In this document: positions 1 to 10,015 of the stretch, one piece after another | Position numbering within the stretch: position 1 is the stretch's first letter | Layout of the letters: each line of letters begins with the position of its first letter | Program-made: the position numbers and the translations under genes | The notes under the pieces: model-generated | Told to the model about the DNA's origin: nothing | Databases searched by the model: none | What the model saw: only the letters and a program-made list of their open reading frames with translations | From: an uncultured Candidatus Saccharibacteria bacterium | GTDB lineage: Bacteria; Patescibacteriota; Minisyncoccia; Phycocordibacterales; JACOZG01 | Direction of reading: 5' to 3' | Length of the DNA: 64,000 nucleotides | NCBI GenBank assembly: GCA_964399075.1 | Contig: CAYNPK010000003.1 | Coordinates: forward strand, 6,306-70,305

Positions 1-1272
1 TTGTTGAAAAAGGAAGATCTCTTGGATAAGCGTCAAGAAGATATAGACACGGAACTAGAAAACATCAAAAACAAGAGTAATGAGGTAAAGCGACTTAGGG
101 AAGAAGCGTTAAAGCAAGAACAAGAACGGCGTCTAGCACTAGAACGCTTAGCTAACTTGACTCCGGAACAAGCGCGAGAAGAAATAATCAAAGAGACGGA
201 AAAGCAATATCAGGATGATTTGGTAGCGCGCCAACGCAAACTGGAAAGTGAAAATAATGAAACCCTAGAACAACAAGCCAAAAAAATTCTCACTTCGGTA
301 ATCCAACGCCTAGCTAATTCTACGGTTCCAGAGATTATGTCCACGGTTGTGGAAATCCCCTCAGATGATGTTAAGGGTAAAATTATTGGCAAAGAAGGAC
401 GCAATATTCGCGCCTTCGAGAAAGCCACCGGCGTGGAAATTATCATTGATGATACACCGGGAACGATTGTGCTTTCTTCTTTCGATCCGGTCCGACGTCA
501 GATTGCGAAAGTAGCTTTAGAGAAATTAATCGCCGATGGTCGTATCCAACCATCGCGAATTGAGGAAGAAGTAGAGAAAGCTAAGGAGAGCGTCTCTAAA
601 ATTATTAAACAAAAGGGTGAGCAGGCAGCTTACGAGGCAGGAGTCTTCAACCTTGATCCGAGAATCATCCTCATCCTTGGTCGCCTCTATTTCCGAACCA
701 GTTATGGACAAAATGTTTTGCAACACTCCGTGGAGATGGCCCACTTGGCTGGAATGTTAGCCGAGGAATTGGGCGCGGATCCAACAGTTGCTCGGGCCGG
801 GGCTCTCTTGCACGACATCGGCAAAGCGGTTGATCACGAAGTCTCCGGCACTCACGTGGAAATTGGCCGAAGAATCTTAGACAAATTCGGCGCCGGCTCT
901 GAAGTGATTAAGGCGATGCAAGCGCATCATGAGGAATATCCTTACGAAACTCTAGAATCAATCATTGTTCAAACAGCTGACGCTATCTCTAGCGCCCGAC
1001 CGGGCGCCAGACGCGATAGTATTGAGAATTATCTGAAGCGCCTCAAAGAATTAGAAGATTTAGCAGGTAAAATAAAAGGGATTGAAAAAGTTTACGCCAT
1101 TCAAGCCGGACGAGAAATTAGGGTATTTGTGAGGCCAACAGAGATTAACGACCTAGAAGCCAAGAAAATCGCCCGCGATATTGCCGTCCAAATAGAAAAA
1201 GAGCTTAAATATCCAGGCGAAATTAAAGTCACCGTAATTAGAGAAACCAGAGTAGTAGAATACGCGAGATAG
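1..1272 (+). CDS. rny: Ribonuclease Y (5' end outside window)
   Basis: Coiled coil, KH domain (KGKIIGKEGRNIR), HD domain (LLHDIGKAV), C-terminal AIQAGREIRV. Confidence 0.96.
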   Translation: MLKKEDLLDKRQEDIDTELENIKNKSNEVKRLREEALKQEQERRLALERLANLTPEQAREEIIKETEKQYQDDLVARQRKLESENNETLEQQAKKILTSVIQRLANSTVPEIMSTVVEIPSDDVKGKIIGKEGRNIRAFEKATGVEIIIDDTPGTIVLSSFDPVRRQIAKVALEKLIADGRIQPSRIEEEVEKAKESVSKIIKQKGEQAAYEAGVFNLDPRIILILGRLYFRTSYGQNVLQHSVEMAHLAGMLAEELGADPTVARAGALLHDIGKAVDHEVSGTHVEIGRRILDKFGAGSEVIKAMQAHHEEYPYETLESIIVQTADAISSARPGARRDSIENYLKRLKELEDLAGKIKGIEKVYAIQAGREIRVFVRPTEINDLEAKKIARDIAVQIEKELKYPGEIKVTVIRETRVVEYAR

Positions 1273-1291
1273 AAAATAGGGATAAAAAAGG

Positions 1292-1326
1292 AAACCCCGC
1301 TAGTCCTATGGACTAACGGGGTTTTT
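1292..1326. terminator. Intrinsic terminator between convergent genes
   Basis: AAACCCCGCTAGTCC-tat-GGACTAACGGGGTTTTT hairpin. Confidence 0.75.
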
Positions 1327-1345
1327 GTAACAAACAAAGATCAAA

Positions 1346-2698
1346 TTACCAAGCGAAGGGCCTGCAGACCTGACTCTTGAGAGCCGAGAAACGCAGGCGG
1401 ACTGTCCGGCGACGAGGTGACAACTCCTTAACGGAGAGCGGTCTCGGCTGGCCAGTACAGACCAACTCCGCAACTTCCGGTGGCAATATCTCCGTCGGTA
1501 GAAGCGCAATGAGCTCATTCTCATCAATCGCCGTCCGCAAACGCTGACGGCGATCTGACTCTCTATTGCCCTGTTGCCATCGTCTTGCTTCCCTTGCCTT
1601 AAGCATTCCTCCCAAGGTTCTTCCGTAAATCTTCTTCAGGAGAGCGATAACCGGGCTCGTCACTGCCAACATACGGTGGGTCCGGGCCAGTTTCGCCAAC
1701 CAGTCGATTGCATAAAACAAGCAACAGAAAGCAATCGTCACTCCGTGGATCAAGACGATCAAGAGTGATAAGGCGCCGGCAATAGCCAGACTCTCCCACC
1801 ACAATTGCCGAGGTGAACAGAAGTTTTCAACAAACCATTTCACCTCACCTTCCTTGACGAACCCCCGAGTAAACCAGAAGACACAACCGATCAGGAAGAT
1901 TCCAGCAGGGAAAGCCGGGATCAGGGGCCAATAAGCTGGGTATCTTTCCTCTCTTTTCTCTCGATGAGTCCAGGACTCTTTCTTCCGGTAAAGGAAGAAG
2001 CTATCCTCCCAGTCAAGATAGCTCGTGGGCAAACCATCTCTGCACAGCCAATCGATCCGACTCCAGCGCAGGCCCAGAAGAAGTGCGACGAGGAGGTGCG
2101 CCAGATAGGCAAACCCCCAGAAAATCGCCATCGGCAAGGCGAAGATCGCTCGTCGCCGGAACTGACATTGATCCACTGGCGGCGTTTCGCACCACCAATT
2201 GACCAAACGCCAGACCCAGCTAGCCGGCTTCTTGGCGAAGAGGCCTTCCGGCACCTCCACACCCACCGAGCCAGTGGCAAAACCATCCACGAAATTGGCT
2301 CGAAATTCTCCAGAGTGATCGTAAAGGAGGTAATTGTACTCCCGAAACTGACGCTTCGTGAGCAAATCATTTTCTCGATCAGGAGAACAATTCCGGACGA
2401 TCGTGGCATGGATAATGTTCAGGCCCGGGCGATGGAATTGGACATGAGCCAAGCCATCCTGCAAAGGAACCAGTTGCCGACTGGTTTCCTCCTTACCGTT
2501 CTGGACGGAAATCAGGAGACGGTCCAGATACCAACTGCCGCGCGTCAAATCTCGTCCAACCAAACCCAAAGCCGCCACCTTGGACAGGCACCAAGCTACC
2601 GTCACGGTAGCTGATTCTGCCACCTCCGACTTGACGGACAGGATGAGCTCCTGTTGATCGTCCTTGATTCTCTCCAATTCCCGCAGAGTCGTAATCAT
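1346..2698 (-). CDS. GC-rich hypothetical multi-pass membrane protein
   Basis: 450-aa ORF with ~3 hydrophobic segments, GGGAG SD, own promoter and terminator. Confidence 0.75.
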   Translation of the reverse strand: MITTLRELERIKDDQQELILSVKSEVAESATVTVAWCLSKVAALGLVGRDLTRGSWYLDRLLISVQNGKEETSRQLVPLQDGLAHVQFHRPGLNIIHATIVRNCSPDRENDLLTKRQFREYNYLLYDHSGEFRANFVDGFATGSVGVEVPEGLFAKKPASWVWRLVNWWCETPPVDQCQFRRRAIFALPMAIFWGFAYLAHLLVALLLGLRWSRIDWLCRDGLPTSYLDWEDSFFLYRKKESWTHREKREERYPAYWPLIPAFPAGIFLIGCVFWFTRGFVKEGEVKWFVENFCSPRQLWWESLAIAGALSLLIVLIHGVTIAFCCLFYAIDWLAKLARTHRMLAVTSPVIALLKKIYGRTLGGMLKAREARRWQQGNRESDRRQRLRTAIDENELIALLPTEILPPEVAELVCTGQPRPLSVKELSPRRRTVRLRFSALKSQVCRPFAW

Positions 2699-2775
2699 CC
2701 CAACTCCCTTCTGTTCCTCTTGGCACTTGTTAAGGAACAGTCAAATCTAAACAAAACATCTCGAACACTGTATTT

Positions 2776-2804
2776 AGTTTAGCACAATGAATTTGTCTTG
2801 TCAA
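2776..2804 (-). promoter_or_regulatory. Sigma70-type promoter of the 450-aa orphan gene
   Basis: TTGACA-17-TAAACT with extended -10 TG on minus strand. Confidence 0.65.
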
Positions 2805-2888
2805 CTTGGCCAAACAAGATTATAGGGCTATACTTATAGCTGTAGTGGAAAGAGGTCGAGCTATTAAAAAACCAACCCGAATATTACT

Positions 2889-3161
2889 ATGAATAAAGCA
2901 GCTCTAGTTGATGCCGTTCACGCTAAAATCGGTGGGACCAAAATCGCCGCCGAGCAGGCCATTGACACTATCATTGAATCAATCATCAATACTTTGAAAG
3001 CAGAAGGTGAAGTGTCAATCGCCGGCCTGGGCATCTTCTCAGCCAAGCGCCGTGCAGCTCGCACCGCCCGTAATCCTCGAACCGGCGAGCAGATCCAAGT
3101 TCCCTCGATGTGCGTACCCAAGTTCCGCGCCGCTAAGGCTCTGAAGGACGCCGTAAGATAA
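2889..3161 (+). CDS. hup: HU family DNA-binding protein
   Basis: MNKAALV...GLGIF...RTARNPRTGE...PKFRAAKALKDAV. Confidence 0.96.
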   Translation: MNKAALVDAVHAKIGGTKIAAEQAIDTIIESIINTLKAEGEVSIAGLGIFSAKRRAARTARNPRTGEQIQVPSMCVPKFRAAKALKDAVR

Positions 3162-3182
3162 GAACCACCACTGTGTTCTCCG

Positions 3183-3214
3183 AAACCCCCGACCAATTTT
3201 GGTCGGGGGTTTTT
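3183..3214. terminator. Intrinsic terminator
   Basis: AAACCCCCGACCAA-tt-TTGGTCGGGGGTTTTT. Confidence 0.8.
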
Positions 3215-3226
3215 GGTAAAATTAAA

Positions 3227-4063
3227 TTAATAGTTGGCCTTATAATCTCCCAATTTAGCCATCAGCTGGCGCGTGATTGGCCCAACCTTGCCCTCACCTA
3301 TTTTAAAATTATCAACTGAAACAATAGGAATAATATCCTTATTGGTGGCGGTTAAGAAAGCTTCATCAGCCGTGCGCAATTCAGCAATCTTAATCGCCCG
3401 TTCTCTAAGGACGAAACCACCAGTGCGAGACAATTTAATCACCAGACCGCGAGTAGTACCAAACAAAATATCATCAACTGGCGTGATAATCTTCCCTCGC
3501 TTGATTAAGAAAAAGTTGCTCGTAGAACACTCCATCACCAAGCCACGATGAGTAAACAAAATTTCTAGGGCGTTACGCTTCTGTTTTTCTGCTTGCAAAC
3601 GCAAGGCGGAAATATAATTAGTGGTTTTTGCTCCCGGGATAGTGCGGAGATACTCATGAGTAATCACCTTGGCTCCAGCCCGAAAAATCGCCGGCGGATA
3701 AGAGTGTAAGCCCTCAACAATAATCGCCAGAGCAGGCGTGCCGATACTCATGCCGTCAGAAGCCACACCACCGGTGAGTAATAATCTAATACTGCCGTCG
3801 CGTAACTTATTTTTGCTAAACAGCTTAGTGATAATTTCTAGAACCTCACTCTCCCCCATTGGAATTCGCAAATTAAGCGCCCTAGCCGACTTAACAAAGC
3901 GTTGCCAATGTTCTCGCCACAAGAATGGTTTGCCGTTAACGGTTTTCAGAAAATCAAAAACCGCATAACCGCGCAAGACCGCCACATCAGTCAGAGGCAA
4001 GCGCGCTTGCTTGAGTGGCAAAATTTTGCCAGCAAAATAGCAATAGTAATTTTGATTAATCAT
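3227..4063 (-). CDS. Class IV PLP aminotransferase (D-amino-acid / branched-chain type)
   Basis: RGYAVFDF, AKTTNY, ECSTSNFF, ILFGTTR, ADEAFLT motifs. Confidence 0.9.
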   Translation of the reverse strand: MINQNYYCYFAGKILPLKQARLPLTDVAVLRGYAVFDFLKTVNGKPFLWREHWQRFVKSARALNLRIPMGESEVLEIITKLFSKNKLRDGSIRLLLTGGVASDGMSIGTPALAIIVEGLHSYPPAIFRAGAKVITHEYLRTIPGAKTTNYISALRLQAEKQKRNALEILFTHRGLVMECSTSNFFLIKRGKIITPVDDILFGTTRGLVIKLSRTGGFVLRERAIKIAELRTADEAFLTATNKDIIPIVSVDNFKIGEGKVGPITRQLMAKLGDYKANY

Positions 4064-4129
4064 GATTAAGAAATAATCTTACCATACTTTGTTTTTAAGA
4101 AAAATTTGCTAAGATGAACGAAGTAGAGA

Positions 4130-4200
4130 GCGGGGTTAGTTAAATGGTATAATAGCGGTTTTCCAAACCGCGGTCGGGAGTTCGATTCTCCCATCCCGCA
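4130..4200 (+). tRNA. tRNA-Gly(TCC)
   Basis: Cloverleaf GCGGGGT...ATCCCGC-A; anticodon arm GCGGT-tt-TCC-aa-ACCGC; TTCGA loop. Confidence 0.93.
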
Positions 4201-4304
4201 CAAATTTGACAGCTAAACTCCATTATGCTATGATAATAATAGAGTGATTGAGCAGTGTTAGCTCGATCAAAATGGACATAAAATCACAAAAGAGGAGACA
4301 AAAA

Positions 4305-4601
4305 ATGAAGAATTTCATTTGGGTGTCAATAGTCTTTGCGGTTATCAGTTTCACTATTTTTTATCTCGTTTCGTCACTCCCAACGAGTCAGGAAATGGCA
4401 GAGAGAACGGCAAATCGCCGGACACAACAACTTCAACTGCAGACAAACCATGTCGTCAGTGAAATCCAATACATTAAGGATCCACGGACAGACTTGTGCT
4501 TCGCGTATTCTTGGATTGGAAAGGGTAAGACTATGGCCACAGTACCCTGCGAGGCAATTCCAGAAAACCTGCTCACGGTGGCAGGGATGAAGTCAGAGTA
4601 G
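4305..4601 (+). CDS. Small membrane-anchored hypothetical protein
   Basis: AGGAG SD before ATG 4305, N-terminal TM, two Cys; promoter TTGACA-17-TATGAT at 4206-4234; terminator ~4618-4654. Confidence 0.7.
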   Translation: MKNFIWVSIVFAVISFTIFYLVSSLPTSQEMAERTANRRTQQLQLQTNHVVSEIQYIKDPRTDLCFAYSWIGKGKTMATVPCEAIPENLLTVAGMKSE

Positions 4602-4671
4602 TTCCACGCTCGGCCCGAACCCACCAGGTCGCAAGATTATTGGTGGGTTTTTTTATTTTAAAATATTTTGA

Positions 4672-5757
4672 TTATTTCTTCTCCCCTCGCGCCACGAGCA
4701 AGATCGTGGCAATGAGAGTGGTGATAGGCACGGCTAAAATAATCGAGGTACTACCAACAATAGTTCTGATTATTTCGGTCGCGAAAATCTCGCGATTGAG
4801 TAAGAGGAGTGAGGCTTCGGCATGATAAAAAAACAGAAGCAATGGCAGAGCCACACCGGCATAAGCTAGAGCCAAAGTGTTAACCATCCCACCGACATGT
4901 TCCTGACCAACTCGCAGAGCCCGACGGTAAACTTCCTTGCGTGACAGATGTGGCGCGGCGATATTTAATTCTTTAACTGTTGCCGCTTGAGTAATCGCCA
5001 CATCATCAAGAATCCCAAGCACGCCAATAATAATCGCGCCCAAGAGCAGACCGCGGAAATCTAGAGTGCCACCAGTGTGAATGTTGAGATAGACACTAGC
5101 CTCTTCCGAGAAACCACTTAACTTCGTTAAACTAACAGCCAAGTTGGCGAAGACAATGGTGATCAAGACTGTCACAATTGTTCCGAACAAGGCGGCGCTC
5201 GACTCCCAATTGAAACCGTGAGTGGTGTAAATAGCAAAAATCAGAATCGCAATCGCGAAGAGAGAACTCACCAACATAGGTGAAACACCAGCAATCAATT
5301 GGGGAAAGAGAAAATAAAAGAGAATTAAAAAACTACCAGTCAGCGCCACCAGAGAACGCAATCCTCGCCACCGACCAAAAAATAGAACTACCGCCACGAA
5401 AATTAAAGCGAAGAAGAGCAAAATCCCCCGCCGATCCGGCTCTCGGAAGTGATAGAGCTCATCACCATCGACAGTGATAACACGAGCGAGAAAAAATTTG
5501 TCACCAACCTTAAGTGGCGAGAAATCATTTTCTAAAATTATTGTTTCACTCGCTTGCGGACCATCAAGCAACTCGGCTCGCAATTCTTGAACTCTAGCTT
5601 CGACAGGGAGACCGGGCAATTGACGGGCCTCATCGGAAATAATTTCTACCACCTTAGCGCGCCAAATTTCCGGAGATTCCTCATAAACTTCTTGGGCCTG
5701 AACATTAGTCCAGGAAACAAAAATTGCGAGAATTAAAATAATATATTTGATAAGCAT
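4672..5757 (-). CDS. YibE/F family membrane protein
   Basis: GAIIIGVLGILDDVAITQA, HVGGMVNTLALAYAG, EIIRTIVGS motifs. Confidence 0.9.
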   Translation of the reverse strand: MLIKYIILILAIFVSWTNVQAQEVYEESPEIWRAKVVEIISDEARQLPGLPVEARVQELRAELLDGPQASETIILENDFSPLKVGDKFFLARVITVDGDELYHFREPDRRGILLFFALIFVAVVLFFGRWRGLRSLVALTGSFLILFYFLFPQLIAGVSPMLVSSLFAIAILIFAIYTTHGFNWESSAALFGTIVTVLITIVFANLAVSLTKLSGFSEEASVYLNIHTGGTLDFRGLLLGAIIIGVLGILDDVAITQAATVKELNIAAPHLSRKEVYRRALRVGQEHVGGMVNTLALAYAGVALPLLLFFYHAEASLLLLNREIFATEIIRTIVGSTSIILAVPITTLIATILLVARGEKK

Positions 5758-5908
5758 CTGATTTAATACATGTTAGCAATTAAAGTTTCATTCGCCAATC
5801 AAACTTCGCAACTTGGCTTAATTAGTTATCGATACCAGCAAGAGGTAAGCCAGAGGCGAGAGAAGATAACTAACATGAAGCTGTGAAACGGCTATTAATA
5901 TAACTAAA

Positions 5909-7147
5909 CTAGGCTTGATTACCGGCGATGTAACCCATCGTCCAACACAGCTGGAGACTGTAACCGCCGGAAGGGCGATTGATATTGAGCAAATCACCGG
6001 TGACATATAAATTAGAATATTTTTTCGAACACATCGTCTTCAAATCTACTTCATCGAGAGAGACACCGCCGTCGGCGACTACCGCACGCTCGAAACCCAT
6101 CAGACCAGTGATCGTCATTGGCAAAGCTCTAAGCTGACGAACAATTTGTTTTCTTTCTTCTCTGGTAACACTGTGCACTTTTTTATCTAAATCAATTTCG
6201 ATAATCATTGCAATCGCTTTAGCTAAACCAGCTGGCACAAATTCTTTAATAATCGTCCGTAGATTTTTATTTTTATTAGCGTCAAAAATTTTAATAACTC
6301 TTGTTTCTAAACTTCCAAGATCAGTCTGGGGATATAAATCTAATCTCGCCCTCACTTGACCGGAACGGAGGAGATCAGCAACTTGGCTGGCGCTATTTAA
6401 GATTGTCGGTCCAGAGAGACCAAAGTGAGTAAACAAAATTTTTCCAGTTTTAGAAAATTGTTTTTCCCCTTCCAGAAAGAAAGTAATTTTTGCGAAAGAG
6501 AGGGAAATTCCAGCCAACATTTTCACCCACTCATCAGAGACTTGGAGTGGCACAATCGAGGGTGTCGGTTCCGTCACCGTGTGACCAAGCGCTCGCAGAA
6601 AGGCGAAGCCGTCACCGGTCGCCCCCGTCTCTTGATGCGAGAGACCACCAGTGGCGAGCACGTAAGACTTGGCGCTGAAGTTCCCCTGATTGGTCACCAC
6701 CTCCGACACACTCCCCTCTCCGGCAATTATTTTTCTCACCTGACAATTTGTTTTAACTATCACTTGCTGTTTCTGGAGAGCTTTAATAAACATCTTACAA
6801 ACATCCACCGCTCGCTCTGTTTGCGGGAAGGCGCGCTGACGCGCCTGGACAACCAGAGGCAAACCACGCGCCTCGAAAAATTTGAAAGTGTCTTGATTGC
6901 TAAACTGCGAGAAGGGTGAATAGAGATAAGCTTCCGCCTTGCCATACTTCTGCAAGAACTTGCGCGCGTCTGGTTCCGCATTAGTGATGTTACATCTTCC
7001 ACCACCGGTAATTTTCAATTTCTCGCCAAGGGCAGAATTCTTTTCCAACAACAAGACTCGCCGACCGCGCTCGCCGGCAACCAAGGCCGCCATCATTCCC
7101 GAGGCGCCACCACCAATCACAATTAGATCCCAGTTAATATTTTTCAA
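5909..7147 (-). CDS. HI0933/BaiN-like flavoprotein
   Basis: GGGASGMMAA, KLKITGGGRCNITN, LFTHFGLSGP, GGYSLQLCW. Confidence 0.93.
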   Translation of the reverse strand: MKNINWDLIVIGGGASGMMAALVAGERGRRVLLLEKNSALGEKLKITGGGRCNITNAEPDARKFLQKYGKAEAYLYSPFSQFSNQDTFKFFEARGLPLVVQARQRAFPQTERAVDVCKMFIKALQKQQVIVKTNCQVRKIIAGEGSVSEVVTNQGNFSAKSYVLATGGLSHQETGATGDGFAFLRALGHTVTEPTPSIVPLQVSDEWVKMLAGISLSFAKITFFLEGEKQFSKTGKILFTHFGLSGPTILNSASQVADLLRSGQVRARLDLYPQTDLGSLETRVIKIFDANKNKNLRTIIKEFVPAGLAKAIAMIIEIDLDKKVHSVTREERKQIVRQLRALPMTITGLMGFERAVVADGGVSLDEVDLKTMCSKKYSNLYVTGDLLNINRPSGGYSLQLCWTMGYIAGNQA

Positions 7148-7179
7148 TTTAACTTTTTAATTTTAACCTCAACGCTGTT

Positions 7180-7252
7180 TCGGAGTGCCGGGATTCGAAC
7201 CCGGAGTCGCCCGCTCCCAAAGCGGGTATGTTAGCCGTTACACCACACTCCG
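7180..7252 (-). tRNA. tRNA-Pro(TGG)
   Basis: Reverse complement CGGAGTG...CACTCCG-A; anticodon arm CCCGC-tt-TGG-ga-GCGGG. Confidence 0.93.
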
Positions 7253-7313
7253 TCCATACTCGCCACTCTAACATTTTTAAGCTACAATGTCACCGTCCTT
7301 AAGCAATAAGACC

Positions 7314-7384
7314 CGGGCTGTAGTATAACGGTAGTATTTACCCATGGGGTGGGTAAGACGGGAGTTCAACTCTCCCCAGCCCGA
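7314..7384 (+). tRNA. tRNA-Pro(GGG)
   Basis: CGGGCTG...CAGCCCG-A; anticodon arm TACCC-at-GGG-gt-GGGTA; TTCAA T-loop. Confidence 0.85.
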
Positions 7385-7406
7385 CCAGATTAAACTTTTT
7401 TCAAAT

Positions 7407-8549
7407 TCAGAGGCGTTTTGTTGCTCGCTCAACCACGTCTACCAAAACATTCGACAATTGTTTCGCATTTTTATTCCATGTTGAATTTTGGGCAATAAAA
7501 CTTTGCGCTTTCTTTCCCATAACTTTTCTTTGGGTGTCATTATCAAGCAAACCATTTACAGCTGAAACAATTGCTTCTATATTTTTTGGTTCTATTAAAA
7601 TACCGCTTTCTCCGTTTGAGATGACGTCTTCGTTTCCATTGTTTGTTGTGGTAATCACCGGCTTTCCAGCAGACATTGACTCCAAGACCGTACCCATCAG
7701 CCCATCACCTTCGTGGGAGGGAAAAAGACAAATATCTGCCAATGCAAAATAATCGTAAGGATTATCTATTACTCCGGTCATAGTCACATTATCATTCAAA
7801 CCAAAATCGACGATTCTATTTCGCAAGACAGTATTTAATTCACCATCACCAATAATCCAAAGATGAACGTCGTTATTTTTTGTGACAATTTTTCTAAACG
7901 CATCAAGAAGAGTGAGTACTCCCTTGCGTTTAATAAGCCGACCCGCGTACACTAAATTATATTTCGCCCTCGAAACAATCTTTGACTTAATCAACAACGG
8001 ATAATCAACCCCAGTACCAAGAACATAATTAAACTTTACTTCTTTTAATTCCTCGATCCACTTTTGTGCGACATTTGAACTAATTGAAATAGTCGCATCG
8101 CAGAACTTTATAAATGCCCTATACCAAGGTATGGGTTGCGATGGGTACCCTGATAAATATATAACATTTGGCATACCAGATGGTTTTAAGATACTGTCTG
8201 GTAAATAATAAGACAAGATAACATCCGGCCTGTTACTTTTCAGTTCATCAAAAATCCTTTCATTAAACGCGAGCGATTCAGTCACCCAACGTACGTGCCC
8301 CACATCTGGATCATTTCTGTATAGATCTGGAACTGAGCTCGAAATATCAAATCTAAATAAATTTATTCTCGGTAATTTTCTGGCGATAAATTCTTTAAAC
8401 AGACCCGTGTCCCCTAATCCTTTTGGAATTGAAGTGTAAAAGTCAATTACATGCCCGAGTCCAGAAAGAAATTCCGCGTGTTTTAAGAAAACTTTTTCTG
8501 ATCCAGCTATATGATAAGGGGTTCTAGGTTGGATAATTGCTATCTTCAT
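7407..8549 (-). CDS. Glycosyltransferase family 4 (GT-B)
   Basis: YAGRLIKRKG, IIGDG, FPSHEGDGLMGTVLESMSAGKPVI. Confidence 0.92.
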   Translation of the reverse strand: MKIAIIQPRTPYHIAGSEKVFLKHAEFLSGLGHVIDFYTSIPKGLGDTGLFKEFIARKLPRINLFRFDISSSVPDLYRNDPDVGHVRWVTESLAFNERIFDELKSNRPDVILSYYLPDSILKPSGMPNVIYLSGYPSQPIPWYRAFIKFCDATISISSNVAQKWIEELKEVKFNYVLGTGVDYPLLIKSKIVSRAKYNLVYAGRLIKRKGVLTLLDAFRKIVTKNNDVHLWIIGDGELNTVLRNRIVDFGLNDNVTMTGVIDNPYDYFALADICLFPSHEGDGLMGTVLESMSAGKPVITTTNNGNEDVISNGESGILIEPKNIEAIVSAVNGLLDNDTQRKVMGKKAQSFIAQNSTWNKNAKQLSNVLVDVVERATKRL

Positions 8550-9070
8550 AAGCTAATTTTTTTCTCTAAATAATCACAATACATTTCATACTGAACCTTT
8601 CCAGTGATATATTTTTCAATAAAACCAACGTATTTAGGCAAGTCTTTGTAGTAAACAAAAATTCTTTCCTCGGTCTCGTTATCCTTGAGAGGAATGAAGG
8701 TGTCCAGTTTGCCAATTTTGCATACGAATCTGACTTGTAAATTATGCTTCTGGATCAGGTCAGTAGCACTATCGTTAATTACCTCTAATGATCCGAGTAG
8801 TTTTACTTGCTCAGGGATACACTGCAACTCTTCCATAAATTCCCGATTCAAAGCTTGGAATGCAGATTCGCCATCTTCAACCCCGCCACCAGGAGGCGTA
8901 AAGCTATTACCGCCTTTTTCCCTTACCAAAGCAATGAGCTTATCTTCTGTGCTAACAAAGCCATACACTTGCTGAACAGGAATTCCTTCGGGCATTGTCC
9001 TGGGGTGCCAGACGTAGGTTATTTTTTGGCCATCCTTTTCCCTCGTTTCTATAAGTTTGTATTTTCCCAT
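8546..9070 (-). CDS. NUDIX hydrolase
   Basis: Nudix box GGGVEDGESAFQALNREFMEELQ. Confidence 0.88.
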   Translation of the reverse strand: MGKYKLIETREKDGQKITYVWHPRTMPEGIPVQQVYGFVSTEDKLIALVREKGGNSFTPPGGGVEDGESAFQALNREFMEELQCIPEQVKLLGSLEVINDSATDLIQKHNLQVRFVCKIGKLDTFIPLKDNETEERIFVYYKDLPKYVGFIEKYITGKVQYEMYCDYLEKKISL

Positions 9071-9088
9071 ATTATCTGTAAGTATAAT

Positions 9089-9116
9089 AAAAAGGACCCT
9101 GTTTTAACAGGGTCCT
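9089..9116 (-). terminator. Intrinsic terminator after phosphatase gene
   Basis: AGGACCCTGTT-tt-AACAGGGTCCT followed by T-run on minus strand. Confidence 0.7.
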
Positions 9117-9928
9117 CACATGATACTCCTTAGATATGCAATTTCTTTTTGGAGTATCGCAATGATCAAATCTCGCTCTGGTTTTCTAACAACGATTCCA
9201 TGGGCTGGCTCGATATTTTGGCGCGACCCCTCCTTTTCGAGGTACTTAACAAAGTCTCCAGGCCTGAACTCATCGATGCTAGACAACTTGGCCGTAGCAC
9301 TAAGAATTCGCTGGATTCGTGAGCAAGATGCCTGATGACCAATGATAATTTGGAGCTCGTTGCCAGTTTTTTCGAACATACTCTTGAGCAAGAGGTAGAG
9401 CCGCAGGGAAAACTCCCCCTGATGCTCTCCCAATTTGTTAAACCAGCCAACCAACTCTGGATACTCGGCTTCCCCGTCGGAGTTAATAACAGGATCGCCA
9501 AATCTATACAACAATTTGCACGAATCCAGTTTTTGTTGCCAAGCTTTCCAGGCATCAAGGAGCGGCTTGTATTCATTGCCTTGGACATGGTTTCTGATGA
9601 CGAAATCACCTTGATAGATCTCTCGCACGCCAGTAGTTTCACACATCTCAGTGGGAATGTTCGCAGTAAAAAATTCTTCTACTGCGATAGTCGCCGTTTG
9701 AATCGCTCGAAGACGACCACTGTGTTGAACACAGATTTTTGACGCGCCAACCGTGCGACATAATTTGACTATTTCCTTGCCGAGAATCTTGACGTCGAAT
9801 TTTGTCTCCTCAGTAAGTGGCTGATTAAGATCTTGAGAAAGAACTGGCACATCTACACCATGCCGAACCAAAACCATTATTTTGCCCGAAGAACACCCTC
9901 GAGCGTCTGAATTTTCAATGAGTCTCAT
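9116..9928 (-). CDS. Histidine phosphatase superfamily protein
   Basis: LVRHG, SGRLRAIQTA, GVREIYQGDF, IIGH; AAGGAGG SD before ATG 9928. Confidence 0.82.
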   Translation of the reverse strand: MRLIENSDARGCSSGKIMVLVRHGVDVPVLSQDLNQPLTEETKFDVKILGKEIVKLCRTVGASKICVQHSGRLRAIQTATIAVEEFFTANIPTEMCETTGVREIYQGDFVIRNHVQGNEYKPLLDAWKAWQQKLDSCKLLYRFGDPVINSDGEAEYPELVGWFNKLGEHQGEFSLRLYLLLKSMFEKTGNELQIIIGHQASCSRIQRILSATAKLSSIDEFRPGDFVKYLEKEGSRQNIEPAHGIVVRKPERDLIIAILQKEIAYLRSIM

Positions 9929-10015
9929 AAGACCCTCCTTTCCAATAAAGAGGATACAATAAATGTTGAGATGTATCAAGTGCTTATGGTATACTCGTCA
10001 ATTATCACAACAACC